Below, in pieces: positions 49,618-61,055 of a stretch of DNA of 64,000 bases. The position numbers and the translations under genes are program-made. This DNA comes from Somniosus microcephalus. Its lineage: Eukaryota. Position 1 is the first letter of the stretch; each line of letters begins with the position of its first letter. The DNA is taken from the NCBI GenBank assembly GCA_052327205.1, contig CM126221.1:55056001-55120000 (forward strand), given 5' to 3'. The notes beneath the pieces are model-generated. The model made no database searches. It saw nothing but the letters and a program-made list of their open reading frames with translations, and had not been told where the DNA came from.

Positions 49618-50621
49618 CAAGACAGGCTATCATTTTAGATGGGACCAGCTGACTGAGATGCATCCCATCTGACACATTATTGTGCCCTTTCTGTCTCCGG
49701 TGCTGTGCCTTATATTACAGGTTACCAACATTTCTGATTTGCACAGCACCTGTTTTCATGCTAAAATGGATTTAAATGCTCCCCTGTTTGCTCAGTGGAT
49801 GCAGTGCATGTTTGATACTGAGCCATAGGATGGGATTGGGGTTGGCATTGATTTTATCCCGTCTCGCCCTCCCATGGTCAGATATCCTAATGACGCTACT
49901 GTTCGGCAGGAGCATAGAATGGTCACTTGGGGACGGTAGTGGTGGGGTTCTGGTCCTGTTGCGCTGCCTTAGCCTCAGCGTAAGTCGGTGCCTTCAGGAA
50001 AGGAGGGAGAAGAGATTTAAAATTACATTTCCCAATGGTTATAATCTAGTTTTAGTGAATAAGCAGTCAGCAGGTTTGTTCCTCATTTCAGGTAAATTAT
50101 ATGTTTGGTTGGCATAACAACCACAGAAAAGCTGCGTCCCTTTTATTGAATGTAATGAACCCCTTGTCTGTCTGGAGGGTGTTTATTTTGTAGTTGGTGT
50201 GATGTATCTGTCTCCAGTCCCTGGGTTAGATCAGCCGGTGAGGTATTGAGCCTATTGCATCTGTCACTGTTCTCCCTTGGTGACTGAAAAACAGATTAGA
50301 CCTGTGGGATGTCCTCCCTCACCGTACCATTCCTTCTCTATATTATAGTGCACCTCTGGCAGGCTGAGGAGTTTCTACTGAGAGCAGAACAAAAACAGGT
50401 AGATATTGGGGAAGAGGTAAATTAAAGGAAAGAACAGCTGAAGACACCAAATAGATTTGTTCACATCACAAACTGAAGTCAAATGGGAAGAGAAATAGTG
50501 GAAGGTTTTCATGGATCTGAGGCCTCAATTTCTGCTCCACTCGCTCACTCCGTGCACGCACACTCGGGCTCATATACGCTTGCGCGCGCATTCTCGCGCG
50601 CGCACACGTGCATGGATACAT

Positions 50622-51002
50622 TGGCAAAATACTGTGGATGCTGGAAATCTGAAATAACAGCAGAAAACGCTGGAAAAACTCAGCAGGCCAGGCAGCATCC
50701 GTGGAGAAAGAAAGTGTTAATATTTCAGGTCTGGGGCCCTTCATCAGAACTGGAAAAAGCTGGAGATGTAACCGATATTAAGCAGGTGCAGAGACAGGGG
50801 CGGGGAGGAAGGAATTGAAGGAACATACTGCTTTTGTAAGAGGCGGGAAAGATAAAATGTTGCAAATGGGAATGGCAAAATCATACAGCATGAAAAATGG
50901 GGGCAGGGGTTAAAGTTTGAAATTGTTGAACTCAAATGAGTCCAGAAGGCTGTAAAGTGCCTAATCAAAAGATGAGGTGCTGTTCCTCACTTACGTTGAG
51001 CT
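50622..51002 (-). mobile_element. Penelope 3' fragment with pseudo-LTR
   Basis: Same pseudo-LTR as 42260-42390 plus the EEQHLIF..QPSGL remnant; minus-strand CTGATGA..GAAA core. Confidence 0.82.
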
Positions 51003-51009
51003 ACATAAA

Positions 51010-54000
51010 ATATAGAAACGTAGAAGATAGGAGCAGGAGTAGGCCATTCGGCCCCTCGAGCCTGCTCCGCCATTCAATGCGATCATGGCTGATCATCCAA
51101 ATTCAGTACCCTGTCCCTGCTTTCTCCCCATACCCCTTGATCCCTTTAGCCTTTAAAAATATATCCAACTCCTTCTTGAATATATTTAATGTATTGGCCT
51201 CTACTGCCTTCTGTGGTAGAGAATTCCACAAGTTCACCACTGGGTGAAGAAATTCCTCCTCATTTCTGTCCTAAATGGCCTACCCCTTATCCTTAGACTG
51301 TGACCCATGGTTCTGGACTCCCCGACCATCTGGAACATCCTTCCTGCATCTAGTCTGTCCAGTCCTGTCAGAATTTTATAAGTTTCGATGAGATCCCCTC
51401 TCATTCTTCTAAACTCCAGCGAGTATAAGCCCAATCGACCCAATCTCTCCTCATACGTCATTCCTGCCATCCCAGGTATCAGCCTGGTGAATCTTCGCTG
51501 AACTCCCTCCATGGCAAGAACATCCTTCCTCATAAGGCGACCAAAACTGCACACAATACTCAAGGTGTGGCCTCACCAAGGCCCTGTACAACTGCAGCAA
51601 GACATCCTTGTTCCTGTACTCAAACCCTCTCGCTACGAAGGCCAACATACCATTTGCCGCCTTACCCGCCTGCTGCACCTACATGCTTACCTTCAGCGAC
51701 TGGTGCACAAGGACACCCAGGTCTCGTTGCACTCCCCCTTCTCCCAATCTGTTGCCGTTCAGATAATCTGCCTTCCTGTTTTTGCCACCAAAGTGGATAA
51801 CCTCACATTTATCCACATTATACTGCATCTGCCCAATCACCCAACCTGTCCAAATCATCCTGGAATATCTCGGCATCCTCCTCACAGCACACACGCCCAC
51901 CCAGCTTTGTGTCGTCTGCAAATTTGGAGATATTACATCTAGTTCCCTTGTCTAGATCATTAATATATATTGTGAATAGCTGGGGTCCAAGGACTGATCC
52001 CTGCGGTACCCCACTAGTCACTGCTTGCCACTCTGAAAAAGAGCAGTTTATTCCAACTCTTTGCTTTCTGTCTGCCAACCAGTTCTCTATTCAAGTCAAT
52101 ACCTTGCCCCCAATCCCATGTGCCTTAACTTTACACGCTAATCTCTTATGCGGGACCTTATCGAAAGCCTTCTGAAAGTCCAAATACACCACATCCACTG
52201 GTTCTCCCTTACCTATTTTACCAGTTACATCCTCAAAATTCCAGTAAATTAGTCAAGCACGATTTACCTTTTGTAAATCCATGTTGACTGTCTGATCCTG
52301 TCACTGTTTTCCAAGTGCTCTGCTATTACATCTTTTATAATGGACTCCAGCATTTTCCCCACTACTGATGTCAGGCTTACTGGTGTGTAATTCCCCGCTT
52401 TCTCTCTACCACCTTTTTTTGAATAGTCGGGTAACATTAGCTACCCTCCAATCCATGGGTACTGTTCCAGATTCCATCGAATGTTGGAAGATGATCAGCA
52501 ATGCATCTACTATTTCTAGGGCCACTTCCTTAAGTACCCTAGGATGTAGATTATCAGGCCCTGGTAATTTATCGGCCTTCAATCCCATCAATTTCCCTAA
52601 CGCCATTTCCCTACAAATACTGATTTCTTTCAGTTCCTCCCTTTCATCAGACCCTGTGTTCCCTGCCATCTATGGGAGGTTATTTGTGTCCTCCTCTGTG
52701 AAGACAGACCCAAAATATGTATTTAATTGGTCTGCCATTTCTTTGTTCCCCATTATAAATTCCCCTGATTCTGACTGCAAGGGACCTACGCTTGACCTCA
52801 CCAATCTTTTTCTCTTCACATATCTATAAAAGCTTTTACAGGCAGTTTTTATGTTCCCTGCAAGCTTACTCTCATTCTATTTTCCCTTTCTTAATTAATC
52901 CCTTTGTTGAATCCTAAACTGCTCCCAATCCTCAGGTTTGCTGCTTTTTCTGGCCAATTTATATGTCTTCTCCTTGGATCTTATGCTATTCCTAATTTCC
53001 CTTGTTAGCCACGGTTGAGTCACCTTTTTTGTTTTATTTTTATGCCAAACTGGGATGAACAAATTCTGTAGTTCATCCATGCGATCTTTGAATGTTTGCC
53101 ATTGCCTATCCACTGTCAACCCTTTGAGTGACATTCCCCAATCAATCCTACCCAACTCGCGCCTCAGACCATCATAGTTTCCTTTATTTAAATTTAGGAC
53201 CCTAGTCTCTGAGTCAACTACTTCATTCTCCATCTTAATGAAGAATTCGATCATATTATGATCGCTTCGACCCAAGGGGTCTCGTACAACAAGATTGCTA
53301 ATTAATCCTTTCTCGTTACATAATACCCAGTCTAAGATGGCCTGATCTCTGGTTGGTTTCTCGACATATTGGTCCAGGAAACATCCCGTAAACACTCCAG
53401 GAATAATTCCTCCACAGTATTGTTACTAATTTGGTTAGCCCAATCTATATGTAGATTAAAGTCACCCATGATGACTGCTGTGCCCTTATTGCACGCTTCT
53501 CTAATTTCCCTTTTAATGCCATCCCCAACCTCTGCATTACTGTTTGGAGGTCCATATACCACTCCCACTAACGTTTTCTACCTCTTGGTATTTCTCAGTT
53601 CTACCCATACAGATTCCACATCCTCAGAGCTAATATCCTTCCTTACAATTGTGTTAATCCCCTCTTTAACCAGCAATGCTACCCGACCTCCTTTTCCTTT
53701 TTGCCTATCTTTCCTGAATATTGAATACCCCTGGATGTTGAGTTCCCAGCATTGGCCACCCTGGAGCCATGTTTCCGTAATCCCAATCCAATCATATTCG
53801 TTTACCTCTATTTGCGCAGCTAATTCACAGAAATCACAGAAACCCCACAGTGCAAATAGAGGCCATTTCGGCCCATTGAGCCTGCACTGACACATATCCC
53901 ACCCGATCCCCGTAACCCCTACACCAACACATATCCCACCCTATCCCCGTAACCCCACATATTTTAATCCCCCTAACACTAAGGGTCAATTTATCATAGC

Positions 54001-55365
54001 CAATCAACCTAACCTGCACATCTTTGGACTGTGGGAGGAAACCGGAGCACCCGGAGAAAACCCACGCAAACACGGGGAGAATGTCTGTGTGGAGTTTGCA
54101 CAGTCACCCGAGGCCGGATTTGAACCCGGGTCCCTGGCACCTTATTACGAATGCTCCTCGCATTAAGACACAAAGCCTTCAGGCTTGTTTTTTTAACGCT
54201 CTTAGACCTATTAGAATTATTATTTACTGTGGCCATGTTTGATTTAAACCGTTGAATTCTCTGACTGCCACTTTTGTTTTTCTCCTTCCTATCTTTTGCT
54301 TTTATCCTTGTTTCCCTTTCCTGCTCAGGTTCCCAACCCCCTGCCATTTTAGTTTAAACCCTCCCCCAGAACACTAGCAAACACTCCCCTTAGGACATCG
54401 GTCCCGGCCCTGCCCAGGTGCAAACCTCCCGTCCAGTTTGAACTGGTCCCAGCTCCCCCAGAACCGGTTCCAATGTCCCAGGAATTTGAATCCCTCCCCC
54501 TCGCACCATTGCTCTAGCCACATATTCATCTGAAATATCCTTCTATTTTTACTGACTAGCATGTGGCACTGGTAGCAATCCTGAGATTACTACCTTTTGA
54601 GGTCCTATTTTTTAATTTACCTCCTAACTCCCTATATTCAGCTTTTAGGATCTCATCCTGTTTTTTTACCTGTATCGTTGGTACCTATACGCACCACGAC
54701 AACTGGCTGTTCACCCTCCCCTTCCAAGATGTTCTGCAGCTGCTCTGAGACATCCTTGACCCTTGCACCAGGGAAGCAACACACCAACCTGGAGTCTCGT
54801 TTGCTGCCGCAGAAACGCCTATCTATTCCCCTTACAATAGAATCCCTTATTACTATAGCTCTACCCCTCTTTTTCCTCCCGTCCTGTGCAGCAGAGCCAC
54901 CCCTGGTGCCAGGAAGTTGGCTGCTGCTGCCTTCCTCTGATAAGCCATCCCCCCAACAGTACTCAAAGTGGTGTATCTGTTTGAGAGGGGGATGTCCACA
55001 GGGGACCCCTGCACTACCTGCCTGTGCCTAGTACTCTGTCTGTTGGTCACCCATTCCCTTTCTGCCTGTCCAACCTTTGCCTGTGGTGTGACCAACTGAT
55101 CAAACATGCTATTCACGACGTCCTCAGCATTGCGAATGGTCCAGTATGAATCCAATCGCAGCTCCAGCGCCTCAATGTGGTCTGCCAGTAGCTGCAGCTG
55201 GATACACTTCCTGCGCACACAGTTGTCAGGAACACAGGAAGTGCCCCTGAGTTCCCACATAGTGCAGGAGGAGCATACCACGGCACCGGGCTGTCCTGCC
55301 ATGACTTACCCTTTAATTAATTGCAATTAAATTAAATCAAATCAATCCCACCAATTACACTACAG
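51010..55365 (-). mobile_element. Near-full-length decayed CR1 LINE
   Basis: ORF1 MAGQPGAVVCSSCTMWE; EN LCLNARSIRNK, GITETWL, IMGDFN, LGRSDH; [19 protein letters not shown]; frameshifted. Confidence 0.95.
53827..54138 (-). mobile_element. 5'-truncated HE1-type V-SINE inserted in the CR1 endonuclease region
   Basis: B box gggttcaaatcc; V domain cattctccccgtgtttgcgtgggttttctccgggtgctccggtttcctcccacagtccaaagatgtgcagg; CR1-like tail atgggccgaaatggcct; splits ARSIRNKV / ELAAQIE. Confidence 0.88.
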
Positions 55366-55734
55366 TTAAATGGTATATTTAAGGGCCCTGGTTATGTATG
55401 TATGGATACGTGTTAGGCTCCTTTTGAGTAGCAACCGAGATCGGAGTTCTGGCTGTTTTCCCTCCCTCCTTGGCTTGGAGCACCTATATTAGTTGCAGGA
55501 TCCCTGCTACCCCAGCTGAGATTTGTTAACTGAGCACAGACAGGAGATTGAACCTGGTGTGTGGGGCTCAGTTTCAGACTCGTTTGGTTTATTTAGCTAC
55601 TGAGCCATGAAGGGGTTGTGTGAAGTCTTTCAAAATCTGTTTGCCAACATCTGGATTTGGGCAAGTGCTGTTCCAATACGAGGCATGAACCAGTTAATTA
55701 CAGACAGCTAATCTAACTGGAGAAATGCTTGAGG

Positions 55735-57900
55735 GTATTCTATAGGATGGTATAAATTAACGCAAGTGAGCAGTCTGCATGGTTTAGCAATGAGATGCCA
55801 TTCTTTACAAACCTACTGGGAGACTTGAGGTAACTAAGCCACTGGGGGAGGGTAATCCAGTCGATGCAGCTCCTTGCAAGACTTAAGGTTAAGGCTCCTG
55901 GATAAGTTGGTAAATTGCTTAAATTGACTGAGAATATGCTTCGCAAAACAACAGAAGAGAGCAGTGGGACAAGTAGGAAAGGTGCTGCCTGGGAAATGCA
56001 ACGTAATGTTCCACAGGACTCTGTCCTGGGAGCCCTGCTATTCAGTATTTGCATTATGTAGCAAGGTGCCTGTAGTAGTGTTACATTTGCTGATGACTGA
56101 TGGAGGGTCGATGAGGGTATTGTGTTTGATGTAGTCTGTGGATTTTAGCAAGGCTTTTGATAAGACCCTGCATGGCAGACTGGTCGCGAAAATAAAAGCC
56201 CATGGGATCCGAGGCAAAGTGGCAAGTTGGATCCAAAATTGGCTCCGGCAGGAAACAAAGGGTAATGGTCGAAGGGTGTTTTTGTGACTGGAAGGCTGTT
56301 TCCAGTGGGGTTCTGCAGGGCTCAGTACTGCGTCCTTTGCTTTTTGTGGGGTATATCAATGATTTGGACTTGGATGTAGGACGTATGATTAAGAAGTCTG
56401 CAGATGATACAAAAATTGGTCGTGTGGTTGATAGTGAAGAAAGCTGCAGACTGCAGGAAGATATCAATGGATTGGTCAGGTGGGCAGAAAAGTGGAAAAT
56501 GGAATTCAATCTGGAGAAGTGAGGTAATGCATTTGGGGAGGGCTAACCAGGCAAGGGAATACACTGAATGGTAGGACACTGAAGTGCAGAAGATCAGAGG
56601 GACCTTAGAGTGCATGTCCACAGATCCCTGAAGGTTGCAGGCCAGGTAGATAAGGTGGTTAAGAAGGCATATGGGATACTTGCCTTTATTAACCGAGGCA
56701 TAGAATATAAGAGCAAGGAGGTTGTGCTTGAACTGTATAAAACACTAGTTAGGCCGCAGCTAGAATACTGCGTGCAGTTCTGGTCACCACATTACAGGAA
56801 GGATGTGATCGCACTAGAGGGGGTGCAGAGGAGATTTACAAGGTTGTTGCCTGGGCTGGGGAATTTTAACTGAGGAAAGATTGGATAGGCTGGGGTTGTT
56901 TTCTTTGGGTAGAGGAGGCTGAGGGGAGACCTAATCGAGGTGTATAAAATTGAGGGACCTAGATAGAGTGGATAGGAAGGACCTATTTCCTTTAGCAGAA
57001 GGGCCAATAACCAGGGGGCATAGATTTAAAGTAATTGGTCGGAGGTTTAGAGGGGATTTGAGGAAAAAAAATATCACCCAGAGGGTGGTGGGGGTCTGGA
57101 ACTCACTGCCTGAAAGGGTGGTAGAAGCAGAGATCCTCATCACATTTAAAAAGTACTTGGATATGCACTTGAAGTGCCATAAACTACAAGGCTACAGACC
57201 AAGTGCTTGAAAGTGGAATTAGGCTAGATAGCTCTTTGTCATCTGGCATGGACAAGATGGGCTGAATGGCTTCCTTCTGTGATGTAAAATTCTATGATGA
57301 CTGAAAGAGACTTCAATTGATTTGTGTAGATGGACTGAGATATGGCACATGGGTTTTAATGTGGATAAATATTGCATTTGCAACTAGTAACACATGAGTA
57401 TAAATAACACAAGTCTATGCTAGCTGAGGCCAAAATGGATTTGGGAGTGATCATATCCTGAACACGTAGTAACAGTGTGAAGCAGTGATCAGTAAGGCAG
57501 ATGAGGCACTGAGATGTAAGTGGAGGGCATTGCACCACAAGTCAGAACAAGTTCTTTTGACTGTACAGGGCAGTCCTGGACTTTGAGGATCAATTTGAGT
57601 TGCTCTACCTCCAAGGATATAAATGGATTAGAAAGGGTTCAGGGAAGAGTGACCAAGATGATTCCAGGACTTGGACTGAGTTATGGAGAAAGGTTCAAGC
57701 AACTAAACAAGATATTTAACTTGGCCAATGAGCATAAGACTAGAGGGGAGAGGATGGCTACAAAGTTCACAAGCCTTGAGGTTAAAGTTTACAATATTCC
57801 TCCCCCTTCGAGAATAGTGAACATAGGGCACAAACTCCCATAGAAGGGAGTTGGTTCAAGGCCAACTAGCACCTTTTTTAAAAGGAGCTGGATGTTGAGT
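55735..57900 (+). mobile_element. Very old CR1 RT fragment interrupted by a younger CR1
   Basis: Remnants HGF..LTNLL, VPQDSVLGA, FADD, then KDINGLERVQGRVTKMIPGL. Confidence 0.7.
56101..57294 (+). mobile_element. 5'-truncated CR1 with 10-bp TSD
   Basis: QGSVLRP, ADDTK, LYKTLVRPQLEYCVQFWSPH, VWNSLP; tgatgactga at 56091-56100 and 57295-57304. Confidence 0.92.
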
Positions 57901-57947
57901 GGGGGTGGGGTTAGAGAGATGTTAACAACACTGCTGCATTTGTTTTT

Positions 57948-59896
57948 CTGGGGAGCTGGGGTGCAGGGACTTGAGGGATCGGGGAGGTGGGGTGCAGGGA
58001 CTTGAGGGATCGGGGAGGTGGGGTGCAGGGACTTGAGGGATCGGGGAGGTGGGGTGCAGGGACTTGAGGGATCGGGGAGGTGGGGTGCAGGGACTTGAGG
58101 GATCGGGGAGCTGGGGTGCAGGGACTTGAGGGATTGGGGAGCCGGGGTGCAGGGACTTGAGGGATCGGGGTGCTGGGACTTGAGGGATCGGGGAGCCGGG
58201 GTGCAAGGACTTGAGGGATCGGGGTGCAGGGACTTGAGGGATCGGGGAGCCGGGTGCAAGGACTTGAGGGATCGGGGTGCAGGGACTTGAGGGATCGGGG
58301 AGGTGGGGTGCAGGGACTTGAGGGATCGGGGAGCCGGGGTGCAGGGACTTGAGGGATCGGGGAGCCGGGTGCAAGGACTTGAGGGATCGGGGAGGTGGGG
58401 TGCAGGGACTTGAGGGATCGGGGAGCCGGGGTGCAGGGACTTGAGGGATCGGGGAGCCGGGGTGCAGGGACTTGAGGGATCGGGGAGCCGGGTGCAAGGA
58501 CTTGAGGGATCGGGGAGGTGGGGTGCAGGGACTTGAGGGATCGGGGAGCCGGGGTGCTGGGACTTGAGGGATCGGGGAGCTGGGGTGCAGGGACTTGAGG
58601 GATTGGGGAGCCGGGGTGCAGGGACTTGAGGGATCGGGGAGGTGGGGTGCAGGGACTTGAGGGATCGGGGAGCCGGGGTGCAGGGACTTGAGGGATCGGG
58701 GAGCCGGGGTGCTGGGACTTGAGGGATCGGGGAGCCGGGGTTTGAGGGATTGGGGAGCCGGGGTGCAGGGACTTGAGGGATCGGGGAGCCGGGGTGCAGG
58801 GACTTGAGGGATCGGGGAGCCGGGTGCAAGGACTTGAGGGATCGGGGAGCCGGGGTTTGAGGGATCGGGGAGCCGGGGTGCTGGGACTTGAGGGATCGGG
58901 GAGCCGGGGTGCAGGGACTTGAGGGATCGGGGAGCCGGGTGCAAGGACTTGAGGGATCGGGGAGCCGGGGTGCAGGGACTTGAGGGATCGGGGAGCCGGG
59001 TGCAAGGACTTGAGGGATCGGGGAGGTGGGGTGCAGGGACTTGAGGGATCGGGGAGCCGGGGTGCAGGGACTTGAGGGATCGGGGAGCCGGGGTGCAGGG
59101 ACTTGAGGGATCGGGGAGCCGGGTGCAAGGACTTGAGGGATCGGGGAGGTGGGGTGCAGGGACTTGAGGGATCGGGGAGCCGGGGTGCTGGGACTTGAGG
59201 GATCGGGGAGCCGGGGTGCAGGGACTTGAGGGATCGGGGAGCCGGGGTGCAGGGACTTGAGGGATCGGGGAGCCGGGTGCAAGGACTTGAGGGATCGGGG
59301 AGGTGGGGTGCAGGGACTTGAGGGATCGGGGAGCCGGGGTGCTGGGACTTGAGGGATCGGGGAGCTGGGGTGCAGGGACTTGAGGGATTGGGGAGCCGGG
59401 GTGCAGGGACTTGAGGGATCGGGGAGGTGGGGTGCAGGGACTTGAGGGATCGGGGAGCCGGGGTGCAGGGACTTGAGGGATCGGGGAGCCGGGGTGCTGG
59501 GACTTGAGGGATCGGGGAGCCGGGGTTTGAGGGATTGGGGAGCCGGGGTGCAGGGACTTGAGGGATCGGGGAGCCGGGGTGCAGGGACTTGAGGGATCGG
59601 GGAGCCGGGTGCAAGGACTTGAGGGATCGGGGAGCCGGGGTTTGAGGGATCGGGGAGCCGGGGTGCTGGGACTTGAGGGATCGGGGAGCCGGGGTGCAGG
59701 GACTTGAGGGATCGGGGAGCCGGGTGCAAGGACTTGAGGGATCGGGGAGCCGGGGTGCAGGGACTTGAGGGATCGGGGAGCCGGGTGCAAGGACTTGAGG
59801 GATCGGGGAGCCGGGGTTTGAGGGATTGGGGAGCCGGGGTGCAGGGACTTGAGGGATCGGGGTGCAGGGACTTGAGGGATCGGGGAGCCGGGTGCT
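57948..59896. repeat. 31-bp G-rich minisatellite with variant units and higher-order structure
   Basis: Unit ggggtgcagggacttgagggatcggggagcc; 30-bp and ~23-bp variants; marker variants recur 785 bp apart. Confidence 0.97.
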
Positions 59897-59909
59897 ATAG
59901 TGGGGTAGA

Positions 59910-60175
59910 CACTACCTGTTGGCGGTAAGTCCTATGTGAAATAAGTTTGGGGACTGTCAGTCCAGCCCTAGTGATATAGGCCTACTGCACAAAGCTAGCA
60001 CTGATTGACATCAGATGGGTCTCTGTGGTTGGTGTAGGAAATGGTGCCCTGTTGCAGTGAGATGCTCTTAGGATGGGACAAAAGCACATTGTTGGGTCAG
60101 AGTGGGGAAACTCGACCCTATTCTGGTTGTGCTGTTCCTGGTCTGCGGTACTGGGTGCCTGAAATGGAAAGAGTT
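59910..60175 (+). mobile_element. LF-SINE-like interspersed repeat fragment
   Basis: cctatgtgaaataagtttggggactgtcagtccagccctagtg ... gcactgattgaca ... gcacattg..ggg...gtggggaa ... tgctgttcctg resembles the remembered LF-SINE core. Confidence 0.5.
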
Positions 60176-60382
60176 CCACCCTCAGTACTACCATCCCTTA
60201 CCTTGAGCACGGGAAAGAGAGGGGAGAGTGGATGATCGAATAATCAGACATGGAGTCTGGAGCAGGATTGATGGGGGGGGTGGGGTGGGGGTGTCTGTTA
60301 AAGAATAATCCTATATGGATTGTGGGCAGAATGGCTTTTTCAGTCTAGGCTTTATGTTCTTGTGTTTAATTACTTTCCTCAG

Positions 60383-60546
60383 CGATGCATTACTCCAATG
60401 CAGAAGAGGGGGACTGGCAAAACATCGAGCTACTGACCAAGAGACTGGCTGAAGTGAGGCAGCTGGGCAGAGACATCGACGAGTTGAGGACGAGGATATC
60501 GGATCGATACGCTCAGGACATGGGAGACAACTGCATCACGCAGTGA
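60383..60546 (+). CDS. CEP85: CEP85 final coding exon
   Basis: [54 protein letters not shown]; ttcctcag acceptor; TGA at 60544-60546. Confidence 0.96.
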
Positions 60547-60879
60547 ATGTGTGCGATTGGGGTGGGAGGTGTTGCACTGGGCCTTTGTGTTGGACATTCT
60601 GATGATAAATGCCTTGATTGAAACCAATTCAGGAAAGAAGTTCACAAACTCACCACAATGGGGTTTCCCTGTAACATAGGGACAGAGATAATCTCATCAC
60701 CGCTGTGTCACTCAGCTCTTTTAATGCACTAAACAGGCAGCCGCCTTCTGTGTCACTAATGTACTTTTGTAAATATTCAAACTACAGAGCAAGCGCTTGT
60801 GCATCTGCCTTGTGAGCAATCCTCTTGTTTCTAGTGAGTGACAATATTTCAAATAGTCTGCATAGCAACTGAAACTTCA

Positions 60880-61055
60880 AAAGCAGAATGCTGGAAATCT
60901 AAAATAAAACGTAGAAACGCTCAACAGCTCAGACAGCATCTGGAGAGAGAAACAGTTAATGTTTCACGATGCCCGTTTGTCAGAACTGAAAGGTTAACTG
61001 TTTCTCTCACCACAGACGCTGCCTGACCTGCTGAGTGTTTCCAGCATTTGCTGAG
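60880..61055. mobile_element. Inverted Penelope pseudo-LTR pair in the putative 3'UTR
   Basis: cagcatctggagagagaaacagttaa ... ttaactgtttctctcaccacagacgctg; outer aatgctggaaa / tttccagcatt. Confidence 0.8.

Noticed and set aside
57789-59790. Proline-rich 567-646 aa minus-strand ORFs
   Set aside because: Translations of the 31-bp minisatellite.
11399-60546. Naming the gene CEP85L
   Set aside because: Exons 1-2, 5, 6, 7, 11 and 12 match remembered CEP85-specific sequence better; the residual ambiguity is reported as a finding.
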